In this document: piece after piece, positions 25,190 through 35,591 of the stretch | How the letters are laid out: each line of letters begins with the position of its first letter | Numbering within the stretch: position 1 is the stretch's first letter | From: Zygnema circumcarinatum SAG 698-1b | Lineage: Eukaryota; Plantae; Zygnematophyceae | Assembly: GCA_037447605.1 (NCBI GenBank) | Contig: CM074806.1 | Location: 1,674,001-1,738,000, forward strand | Direction: 5' to 3' | Length of the DNA: 64,000 nt | Notes under the pieces: model-generated | Told to the model about the DNA's origin: nothing | The model's database searches: none | What the model saw: only the letters and a program-made list of their open reading frames with translations | Translations under genes and position numbers: made by a program

Positions 25190-27706
25190 TCAGTCGTTGT
25201 GGGATCCACCAAGTACCGATGAGGTGACGTTCTTCACACTCTCCACGGCGTGCTTCGCTGTCGCACGTCCCTCGGCATGGGCTTGCTTCACGTCAGCTGG
25301 GAGATCAATCCAAGTCGTCGCCTGTCCTGCGGCATTGCCACCGCCCTGCACAGCCACACAAACAGCAATGTAAACCTAGCCCAAGGCGATCGAGCAATAA
25401 AAAAGTGCTCAACTGCTCACCACTTCCACTAGTAAAAACGAGAGATACACCATATTGGCATTATAAAGAAAGGATAGATAAAGGACAATGACGCATCAAG
25501 GGGGATTTTTTACCGTAGTAATATCGATTCCACGCTCCTTCGCGGTTCCAGTAGCATCCATGGCCTTTTCAGACGTTATACCGACTGCATGAGACACGAC
25601 TTCATATGCCTTCTTCGGTGCAAGTGAAGTCGCCTCCAAAGTTTTAGAAAGGGTGTCAACAACAGCATCCGCCGTGGCCGCCACAGCATCATGAACTTTC
25701 ACGTTCGTTACGTGAGCAGCCTGTTTAGCCGTGTCGAACGTGTGTGCAGCAGTATCAACTGTGGCGTCAGCCGCTTTCGCGACCACGCCATGCACTTTTA
25801 TGTTGGCCTCGTGCGCTGCTGCCTCTGCTGCATCCTTGGTCTCCAGGGCCAATTCTGTCGCAAATCCCGTCGTTTTCGCTGCAGTTTGAACGAGTGTGTC
25901 GGCAGTCTTGGCTATGGGAGAGTGAACTGAAACATTGACTGTGTGGGCTGCGTGCTGGACTCCCTCAACAGTCTTCGAGCCGACATCTGCCGCCTTGGAC
26001 GTTACGGTGGAAACCGTGTCAGTAATGGCATCGGACGTCCTCGCGATAGGGGGGTGCACCGTAACATTCACAGCGCGGGTTGCCGTCTGGAGTCCTTCAA
26101 CAGTCTTTGGCCCAACAGCTGCTGCTTTGGAAGCTACGGTCGAGACAGTGTCAGCAATGGCATCGGACGTCCTCGCAATAGGGGGGTGCACTGTTTCATG
26201 AACAGCGCGGGTTGCTGTCTGGAGTCCTCCAACAGTCGTTGACCCAACAGCAACTGCTTTGGAAGCTACTGTCGATACCGTGTCGGCAATGGCGTCGGAC
26301 GTCCTCGCAATAGGGGGGTGCACTGTTTCATGAGCAGAGCGGGTTGCTGTCTGGATTCCTCCAACAGTCTTTGACCCAACAGCTGCTGCTTTGGAAGCTA
26401 CGGTCGAGACCGTGTCAGCAATGGCATCGGAAGTCCTCGCAATAGGGGGGTGCACTGTTTCATGAACAGCGCGGGTTGCTGTCTGGAGTCCTCCAACAGT
26501 CGTTGACCCAACAGCTGCTACAGTTGTTGCAGTCCGTGCACTGGTGTCTTCCACAACCCCGATCACTGTCGCGCCCGCATGCAGAGCCTTTTCAACTCCA
26601 GCAGCTGCCATGCTGCACACAATATCGACCGACCAAGTGATAAGTTATTGAAGTGACATCTGATATTTTGATTTATTTTATTTGATTCATGATTTCGGTG
26701 TACACAGAAGGTTCCTCGCAAACCAGAAAATAGGGTCTGCGAAGTGCAAACACTAACGGAAGCAATTCTTAGACGCAGAGACATCTGAAGCCAAGCAACG
26801 AAAATAAAGAAATGAAAAACGAAGGGGAGCGAATGGTAACGTCCAGCAAACCATGATTTCAGCTTTATAAGCTTATAAAACTGCTAGAAATAATATCACT
26901 TGCAGTTCAAAACAAGTTGGAAAGGTAAAGGGTGCATAGTTTTAACGGAGATCACTTACTCTGCCGTCTTTTGTATGGTCTCCATACCAATATCATGATA
27001 TTTCTTGCCTGGCTCCTCCTCGCCAACCACTTGCTTAACAACTGCTTGCCCTGTCTTTGCCACTTTCGAAGTTGTGGTATTGACCGCCTTTGCAAGCCCC
27101 TCCGTAGGAGGCTGGATACGTACTTCTTCCTCTGCCACCCGGAGACAAACAAACAACAAGAACGTGCCAGTAAGAGCCGCTTACAACTAAACAAAAAAAG
27201 AAAAGCAGACCAGATTTCACGAGTGAAAATTACACGAGGAACTGCAGTATACTACCGACCTCCATCTGGAACAAAATCAGATGCAAGAATTTTAAGCTCA
27301 CAGGTTTCATACATAAAATTCAAAAAAGTTCGAAAAGGAATTTATTCTCAAATTTTCTCTTTTCCCATTGGATTTTTTCCGGATGCAGATCACAAGTTTG
27401 ATTTTTTGCATAGATTAATTGTCCGCTTGTCAAAAGAGATACAAGCAGCTCCTTTGCAGTACTCGGTAACATACAAATTATCTCTAACACATCAACAAGA
27501 AAAAACTTAAGACAGCATTCCTGGGAACACTCTTCTTTATTCCCATGTTCTGCTCGCAGCTACTACCAGCATACGTTCACAGGCAAGTTAGGCAACACAT
27601 ACTGTAGGCAGCATACAGTTAGCAGCTCTTCTTCCATCATGAAAGGAAAGAAAACAAGAAAACACCAACCTTGAACCTTACGTCCAGTCATGCTGGCTTG
27701 CGCCAT
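25190..27706 (-). CDS. 483-aa Thr/Ala/Val-rich protein with 44-aa tandem repeats; LEA-like or perilipin-like amphipathic-helix protein
   Basis: Four exons (27706-27682, 27131-26960, 26612-25514, 25345-25190) join in frame through GT-AG introns of phase 1, 2 and 0. Donors are GTAAGG, GTAAGT and GTAAAA. The product is MAQASMTGQEEVRIQPP...GSHND*. The gene model is well supported, but the functional label is inferred from composition. Confidence 0.75.
25940..26530. repeat. Coding tandem repeat, 132-bp (44-aa) unit, four full copies plus a degenerate fifth
   Basis: The unit AVGSTTVGGLQTATRAVHETVHPPIARTSDAIADTVSTVASKAA recurs. The DNA anchor 'gacgtcctcgc(a/g)atagggggg' recurs at 132-bp spacing. 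Boundaries are approximate. Confidence 0.9.
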
Positions 27707-27954
27707 AGCTTCAACTTCACTATTTTCTGGGCTGGTCCACCCTCTGCGAGATGCACAGGCTGCCTCTGCAAACTCTCCTGCTCAAGACTCCGGGAACCCT
27801 CTGGAAGGCACCTAACAACCTCGGTCTGCAAATCCTTGCAACTACTGCTTTGCGCCTGCCTGCCTGCCCACCTGCTGCAGTCGAGCTCCTGCAATAATCT
27901 GCAACAAGCTTGCAAGAGGCCGAGCCGCGGTCCCCACAACAAGCACAAAAGCGC

Positions 27955-28226
27955 GCCACGCGCTGCGGGCTGACGCCACGTCACACAGAGCCATGCCACG
28001 CGGCGCGCGCACATGCGTCAGGCGCGCCGCATCTTCTGTGCATGCGCCACTTGCCACGTGCCGCGCTCCGCCGCTATTGGTGGCGCCGACTAGTCTGAAA
28101 AAAACCTGAACCTGGAACGTTCCAGGGCTCGCTCATGCGACGGATTCTCGAGCGTCAGATTGGCTGGAATAGTCGCAGGCTCTTGTGCGACGTCGCCTTG
28201 AGTGCTGCGCTGGCAGCGTGCATGCA
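27955..28226 (-). promoter_or_regulatory. ABRE / CE3 / RY cis-element cluster upstream of the repeat-protein gene
   Basis: On the gene's strand: CACGTGGC (28053-28060), GACGTGGC (27975-27982), CGCGTGGC twice (27955-27962, 27995-28002), CAAGTGGC (28046-28053), and an RY-type CATGCA within gtgcatgcat (~28218-28227). Confidence 0.6.
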
Positions 28227-28734
28227 TCGAATTCCAGGAGTCTGGGAGATCCCTCCGGCCGCCCGCCACCTGGCACGCCCAGAAGCGGGCGGGGGCGTCA
28301 GGGCGGCGGCGGGCGCCACAAGAGGGCGTCAGGGTTGTTGCCATTCCCATTGTTTTGTGAAGTCGAGCCATGAAACGGCTAGGAACTGCCAAGTGCAACC
28401 ATGTTGGGTTGGGGAACAAGTACCGGACTATGAGCTATGGTTGATCATTCGACTCGGGCAATTTTTTTCTGCTCGTTGTTGCACAACTCATTGGTGTTGT
28501 TATGCGGCAGTCTTACGAGAAAGGATGCGTTATAATTCATGGGGTCGGCCATATCGAACATTACCAATTCATCACCGAGATGAATAGATTTTTGTTAGCG
28601 TGTTCCAAAGCTCATTTCATGGAGCAGTTTCAAGAAGGAGGCTCAAGAAATACATGATGCTGGTACCCCAATAAACAATTTTGTGCCTGCAAGTTCCATT
28701 GCGCATGAAATGCCAACGAACAACCAGCCGTAGA

Positions 28735-30370
28735 CACGAAAGCAGTGCCCTGCCGACCGACGGACTGACACCGCTGCGGTTGCATATTCCATGTTCCCAG
28801 AGCGTGGCCCGCCCCAAATTGGAGTTGGTCACGCCCGTGTCGGAGGCCACGTCACACACACACGATCCACGCCATTGGCGGGCGCATGCGCGACGCGTGC
28901 GACGATTGGCCAGGACGAGGAGGCGCCGCGCGCGCGCGTGCTCACGCTCTTGCGCTCAGACAAGGCTCCGGGAGCAGGAAGCCAGGCGGTTCGCAAAAAC
29001 CAGAAACCTTCAGGGACAGGCGGAGACAGACAGAGGCCGGCGTGCGAACAGAGGGTGTGGTCGATGTGAATAAATTTCGCCCTGTCTCTCTCTCTCTCAC
29101 GATCTCTCCATGGCAGAGAAAGAGAGTGAGGGCGAGGGGGAGAGAGGAAGAGGGAGAGTGGGAGTGGGCGAGGGTGAGGGCGAGGGTGAGGGCGAGAGTG
29201 GACGACGAAGGGCGAGGGAGAGAGAGTTGCCAAATGGAAGGGGAGGGTGGGGATAGAGATGTCACTCTCTCTTTTTAATCTGCTCTCACTCCCGCTCTCT
29301 TCCTTCTTGTTGTTTTCTCCCACGGCAGGCTGCCTCGCTCTCTCCTCTCACGGCACGCTGCAACTCTCTCTTCTCTCCGCCCTTCTCCGCAAGTGAGAGC
29401 GAGAGAGAGAGATAAGGATGTCAGATGAAAGAGGAAGGAAGAAAAGGAGATGCATCTCGTTCCCTCTTTCTCTCTCACTTCTTCTCCCTCCCACTCGCTC
29501 TCGCACACATCCTCTCACTCTCTCGTCTCACAGACGACACTCATCCTGTGTCTCCCTCGGGAGTGTGTTTGCGGGAGAAAGAGAGAGAAAAGGCTGCCAA
29601 GACGACGGGAAGGGAGAGGAGAAGATACCTCGAAATGCCTCTAGCTCTCCCACTCACTTCCCTCACCCTCCCTCTCGGTTTCTCTCACAGCAACCTCTCC
29701 CTCTCTCTCCTCTCACGCCAGGCTTTTCCCCTCTCTCCCATACGGGGGGAAGAGAGCGAGAGAGACGGAGAGGGAGAGAGAGAGAGTGAGAGAGGGCTTC
29801 CTGCTCACTTGCTCTTATTGTTTTCGTTTGAAGCGATCTTACAAATTGTCAAAGTAACTTGTTGCTCGCTAGGCAAAGAGGCCAAGCGGCGCTTGCTGGG
29901 TAGAACTCAGCGTTTGAAGGCTGCTGGCAATAGCTTCAGTGTTCAACACATCTCCTCTCGGAGGCCCCTTCCGAACACCCCGAACTTGTGGAAGTTCCCT
30001 CGTTACATCCTCTTTTGAATAATGACTAGCGCTCCCTGGGTTACCTGAGATATCCTTTTCGGGGTGAGGGAGAGAGAGGGGGGGGGTGAGGGGGGGGAAG
30101 GGAGCGGGAGGGGGGGGGAAGAGGGAGGGCGAGGGAGCGAGGGCGCACAGTCGAGAGTGCGGCACGACTCGCTCATGCGCTGTCCGCCGCACTCCGAAAG
30201 CGACGTCGCTTTTACGGCCGATACGCTCGATACGGTAACTTAATTGAGTACACCTCTGGCCCACTGCTTAGTCAAGTTCGAGTACACTAAAAAAGAGAGA
30301 TGTACTTGTTCCAGAGAGGGAGAGCCTGCGCACGAGCCAACAGGGCCCGAGCTCCCCTGCTGAGGTGGCG
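28735..30370. repeat. Copy 1 of a 1.64-kb direct duplication (GC-rich head, alternating CT-rich and GA-rich blocks)
   Basis: Starts cacgaaagcagtgccc and ends tgaggtggcg immediately before an N gap. It matches 30381-32020 at offset 1646, changing to 1650 after the divergent patch. Confidence 0.95.
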
Positions 30371-30380
30371 NNNNNNNNNN
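30371..30380. other. Assembly gap (10 N)
   Basis: Run of n characters. Confidence 1.
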
Positions 30381-32020
30381 CACGAAAGCAGTGCCCTGCC
30401 GACCGACGGACTGACACCGCTGCGGTTGCATATTCCATGTTCCCAGAGCGTGGCCCGCCCCAAATTGGAGTTGGTCACGCCCGTGTCGGAGGCCACGTCA
30501 CACACACACGATCCACGCCATTGGCGGGCGCATGCGCGACGCGTGCGACGATTGGCCAGGACGAGGAGGCGCCGCGCGCGCGCGTGCTCACGCTCTTGCG
30601 CTCAGACAAGGCTCCGGGAGCAGGAAGCCAGGCGGTTCGCAAAAACCAGAAACCTTCAGGGACAGGCGGAGACAGACAGAGGCCGGCGTGCGAACAGAGG
30701 GTGTGGTCGATGTGAATAAATTTCGCCCTGTCTCTCTCTCTCTCACGATCTCTCCATGGCAGAGAAAGAGAGTGAGGGCGAGGGGGAGAGAGGAAGAGGG
30801 AGAGTGGGAGTGGGCGAGGGTGAGGGCGAGGGTGAGGGCGAGAGTGGACGACGAAGGGCGAGGGAGAGAGAGTTGCCAAATGGAAGGGGAGGGTGGGGAT
30901 AGAGATGTCACTCTCTCTTTTTAATCTGCTCTCACTCCCGCTCTCTTCCTTCTTGTTGTTTTCTCCCACGGCAGGCTGCCTCGCTCTCTCCTCTCACGGC
31001 ACGCTGCAACTCTCTCTTCTCTCCGCCCTTCTCCGCAAGTGAGAGCGAGAGAGAGAGATAAGGATGTCAGATGAAAGAGGAAGGAAGAAAAGGAGATGCA
31101 TCTCGTTCCCTCTTTCTCTCTCACTTCTTCTCCCTCCCACTCGCTCTCGCACACATCCTCTCACTCTCTCGTCTCACAGACGACACTCATCCTGTGTCTC
31201 CCTCGGGAGTGTGTTTGCGGGAGAAAGAGAGAGAAAAGGCTGCCAAGACGACGGGAAGGGAGAGGAGAAGATACCTCGAAATGCCTCTAGCTCTCCCACT
31301 CACTTCCCTCACCCTCCCTCTCGGTTTCTCTCACAGCAACCTCTCCCTCTCTCTCCTCTCACGCCAGGCTTTTCCCCTCTCTCCCATACGGGGGGAAGAG
31401 AGCGAGAGAGACGGAGAGGGAGAGAGAGAGAGTGAGAGAGGGCTTCCTGCTCGCTTGCTCGTATTGTATTCCTTTGAAGCGAACTTACAAATTGTTAAAT
31501 TAACTGGTCGCTCGCTAAGCCAAGTATGCCAATCGGGTGCTTGTTGGGTAACACTCAACGTTTGAAGGCTGCTGGTAATAGTTTGATAGTTTTCAACACA
31601 TCGCCGCTCAGAGGCACCTTCCGTATACCCCGAACTTGTGGAAGTTCCCTCGTTACATCCTCTTTTGAATAATGACTAGCGCTCCCTGGGTTACCTGAGA
31701 TATCCTTTTCGGGGTGAGGGAGAGAGAGGGGGGGGGTGAGGGGGGGGAAGGGAGCGGGAGGGGGGGGGAAGAGGGAGGGCGAGGGAGCGAGGGCGCACAG
31801 TCGAGAGTGCGGCACGACTCGCTCATGCGCTGTCCGCCGCACTCCGAAAGCGACGTCGCTTTTACGGCCGATACGCTCGATACGGTAACTTAATTGAGTA
31901 CACCTCTGGCCCACTGCTTAGTCAAGTTCGAGTACACTAAAAAAGAGAGATGTACTTGTTCCAGAGAGGGAGAGCCTGCGCACGAGCCAACAGGGCCCGA
32001 GCTCCCCTGCTGAGGTGGCG
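30381..32020. repeat. Copy 2 of the 1.64-kb duplication; an entire gap-bounded contig, probably a haplotig or assembly bubble
   Basis: N gaps flank it on both sides and it ends at the same base as copy 1. It appears identical to copy 1 by eye and by matching ORF translations, except at 31453-31626. Confidence 0.9.
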
Positions 32021-32030
32021 NNNNNNNNNN
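32021..32030. other. Assembly gap (10 N), followed by poly-C
   Basis: Run of n characters. Confidence 1.
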
Positions 32031-32144
32031 CCCCCCCCCCCCCCCCTCCAGCGCCAGCGACGCTCCGCGCTTGTGCAGGGCCATGGCGGCCCGCGCAGCC
32101 CCGCCCGCTCGCCCTCCTGCCCGCCTGCCTGCCCGCCTGCCGCC

Positions 32145-35034
32145 ATGCCGCGCTTACCGTTCGCGCTTGTCTGCCGCGTCACTGCTCGGGCCTGCCCGCC
32201 CGCCGCTTCTGCCCTCCTCGGTGGGTGGAGGAGCCTGCAGAGCGGCGCTGCTGCCGGGCATGGCTCCCTGGAGCTGGCCGTGCCGGAGATGGACGAGCAC
32301 ACGCGATTGCTCAGCGAGCAGGTGCTGGGAGGGCGCATGGCGGCGCTCAGCCGCGCCATCACGCTGTGTGAGTCCGAGCGCTCGCATCACCGCACGCAGG
32401 CGGCGGCCCTTCTGCAGGATGTCACGCAGCGCAGCGCGGCAGTGACTGCCCACGCGATGTTTCGAATTGGAGTCACGGGCCCGCCAGGCGCTGGAAAATC
32501 CTCTTTGATTGAAAGTAGGTCGTCTATGGTTTTTTTTTCCAAGCTGCACTGACACTCGGCGTTCAGCTTACGACTCGATGCGAAAACATGGTGTTGCGAA
32601 GTTGTTTGCATTTCTCATCTGATGCTGTACGGAGGTTTTTCTTTCATGTTTGGTTTCTATTCCTTCGAGCTTTACACTCCGACTGGCATATCTGCAGAGC
32701 TTACAACTTTTCTGACACAGCTTCTTTTATGGCAAATTGGCGATGCAAGACAGGACAGGGGCCTGTAGGAATTTCGCTGTTTGAAATGAAATTGTCTGTA
32801 TCGAATTCTAATGAATAGTGCATAGGCGTCAGAGCTGGGCCTGCGTGCTGTGGAGTCAGGGGAGCAAGTTGCAGTGCTGGCAATCGACCCCTCCTCCCAG
32901 CGCAGCGGAGGGTCCATCCTGGGCGACAAGACTCGCATGGAGGAACTTTCTAAAACCGAGCGTGCATTTGTGAGACCGTCACCCTCCAGAGGCCACATTG
33001 GCGGGCTCACACGAACTACTGCTGATGCCGCTCTTTTATGCGAGGTAAGGCCCCGTCTCGAACAGTCGCGCAACGGCCACCTTCTGTTCAACTTTTCGCA
33101 ATCGACATACAAGCTCTCAAACTTTTTCTTTCCTGTCTGTAAAAGTGAAACATTCTCTGAATTCGTGCAAGAAGTAAGGGTTGTTGATGCAGTTGGTGGT
33201 ATAAAAGAGATACAATTTCTTTCCATTACGTCCTCACTCGTTTGCGTGAGTAGTCGTAGTGATGTAGGTAGTCAAAACTCGTCGGTTGGTGATATCGTAG
33301 GCCAGAATGAAAGACGGAGGGCCCTCGTGTGGGCAGGATGATCCATGAGGGTGCAGGCTGCAGGCTGCACTCTGCTGCTGGTGGAGACGGTGGGTGGCGG
33401 CCAAGCCGATACGGCGGTAGCCGATATAGTGGACCTCGTGTTGCTTGTCCTGCCCCCAGCTGGCGGAGACGAACTGCAGGGAATAAAGAAGGGTGAGAAT
33501 TCATTTTGCTAAAAGAATGAACTTATTTGCTTAGTCACAGGCTTGTTGTTTGGGACGGAATGCGCAATCGAATGAACGTAGCAAAGGCTGAGGTGATGAT
33601 CAGACCTTCACCGTCGTCGTTTAATGCATGACAACAAGTAGTGTCTGATAAGCGTGGCTTGAGTTTTCGTTGCCTTCACTGACATCATTTGACAACTTGC
33701 TGAATCTTTTCTCCACTAATCTTACTTTTCATCTTACTATGCATTTGATATCATTATGTAGTGGTGAGTTGCTGCTGTATGGCGACAAACTTACATCGCG
33801 TATAAACTTTGAGTTTCACTGCCCACGAAGGACATATACCTGCTCCGGAAACTAAAACACAGTCTTCATTCGGATACAGGGCTTGTGTTCGTTACACTGG
33901 GATGAGAACGTAAGGTGCAACTTCGTCTGACTCACAAGCTGTTCAAGTTATGAGGGTGTTACTGGGAAGCAGGAATTATAGAAGTTGCAGACATTGTCGT
34001 TATAAACAAAGCAGATGGACACCTAAAAGACGCAGCCATGGCAGCTGTATCTGAATATCGGGCAGCCCTGCAATTTTCCCATCCTCGCTCCCCTGCATGG
34101 AGCCCGCCTGTGAGTCCCTTTCTCTTCTGCCGGCTGTTGGCAGATGCTGCCTTTGTGCTTGTGCATGAGAGCAGCTAGGAGGTCGCTTTGGCTTCTTCAG
34201 TATTCGAATGTCCTGAATAGCTATGAGGATTTAAAAGGTTATTAAGTGAAATTGTATAGTAGCAAGAATCTGTAAGAATTTGAAGACAGCAGGATTTAAA
34301 TTCGAGGAAGTCAGTCAATTGTATATGCCTCGTACATGGATGCACATGATCCATATGATGCGCATTTCAATCTCATTCCTCCTCCACTCTAGCGCACTTC
34401 TTGCACAGCTTGAGATGTCCGTCCTCCCGCTGAATACCTCCGTGACTTTCAGTAGTTGAAAAGATACTTATTTTATTAGACCACCTCGAGCAGCCTCTCA
34501 CATCAGCAGTGCCATTGCAGGTGTTGGCTTGCAGCTCGCGGACTGGTCTAGGCATGTCAGACCTTTGGCAACAGATGCTGACTTATGAGCGGGTCATGGG
34601 AACTGCTGGAGACCTTCAAACTCGACGTTCTGAACAGAGCCAAGGCCTGCTTTGGAGCAACGTGCAGAATGAGCTTCTCGACAGGTGAACAGGGTTTGGA
34701 TGGTTTGGTCGGTTAGAACTTGGCGTCGTTAAGTCTATGCCCTGTCAAGAGAGACCGAACTCCATGAAAATGATCTACCTTTGAACGTGAGAGGGGTTAA
34801 TGGGAAACACCATTCGCCTTTGCCAGTGGTTTGACGACTCACTGGCTGGCTGGTGGTTTCGTTTTGGTTTTCATCTAATCAGAGCCGGGCTTTGTGTACA
34901 GGTTTTATCGAGATAAAAAGCTGAAAGGAACTTTCAAACTCTGGGAGCAAAGTGTGGCGGAGGGCAAACTTGCGTCTCGCACGGCTGCGTACTGCATTAT
35001 TGAATCCTTCTTCCGCATCCCTGATACTCATTGA
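32145..35034 (+). CDS. MMAA: Methylmalonic aciduria type A / MeaB (ArgK-like) GTPase, chaperone of B12-dependent methylmalonyl-CoA mutase, with a probable mitochondrial presequence; 6 exons
   Basis: Spliced translation: [11 protein letters not shown]; [17 protein letters not shown] (P-loop, 32477-32500); [28 protein letters not shown]; [14 protein letters not shown]; LVETVGGGQ; [29 protein letters not shown]; TGLGMSDLW; RRSEQ...LWS. The stop TGA is at 35032-35034. The N-terminus is Arg/Ala-rich and lacks acidic residues. Confidence 0.93.
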
Positions 35035-35454
35035 CTGTCCATCTGGCAGCAGCCTGCCATATTTCCCGTAAGGGTCAGCTTTGAAATGGTCAACTCGTGA
35101 TGTACAGAGTTCATCGGTGGTTTTGGCCCGGCTAAATATGTTAAGGTGGTGTCAAGCACTGACTCTTTGCTGCAAGGTCAAATTGCTCATATATTAATAG
35201 ACGGATGGTATTAAGCCACCTTGTAAGTATATCAGTCCACCAGCAACTACAGACTGGCAGGGCATGGAGCCTTTGTAAGCTTAGTGAGATTTTACCCTTT
35301 TGTTTCACAGGAAATTTGGATTTTTATTTCTGTATGCAAGGACGCAGTTCAATACCAACAAGTTTTCTCCATGCTTGCACATGCGGCCACATTGGCCGAA
35401 CCCTACTGTCCTGTAAGCCCCGCAGTAGCCATAGCCAGCGCCAGCGCCAGCGCC

Positions 35455-35591
35455 GTACAATCAGCAGAGCAGCGGCCGACCGTACCGTCGCCGACCGACA
35501 CTGGCGGGCGTCAGCGCTCCACCCCAATGGTCACGTCATGGCCGGCCACGGTACGGTCGAGTAGAGGTACCGTACGGCGGAGGTACCGTAC
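35455..35591. promoter_or_regulatory. Cluster of seven GTAC cores (SBP/SPL-type binding sites) upstream of PGAP1
   Basis: GTAC occurs at 35455, 35482, 35551, 35567, 35572, 35583 and 35588. The cluster includes CCGTACAA and two copies of AGGTACCGTACGG. Confidence 0.5.

Noticed and set aside
25940-26530. Regularly spaced repeats as a CRISPR-like array
   Set aside because: There are no unique spacers; this is an in-frame 132-bp coding repeat in a spliced eukaryotic gene.
30050-30253. Perfect U12 AT-AC donor ATATCCTTT with a downstream AACTTAAT...AC
   Set aside because: The branch site is only a partial match and there is no flanking exon evidence; it cannot be supported without RNA data.
30255-30290. 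Pol III A-box/B-box-like motifs (TGGCCCACTGC, GTTCGAGTAC) suggesting a tRNA or SINE
   Set aside because: The spacing is too short, both boxes are degenerate, and there is no cloverleaf.
28681-31914. ORFs inside the duplicated element (e.g. MGENNKKEESG..., 164 aa)
   Set aside because: Low-complexity products of CT/GA tracts; the divergent patch shifts frame by 4 nt, so there is no coding constraint.
28735-32020. LTR pair or diversity-generating-retroelement-like template/variable repeat
   Set aside because: No TG...CA ends, target-site duplication, PBS or RT gene; the substitutions are not adenine-specific; the copy boundaries coincide with assembly gaps.
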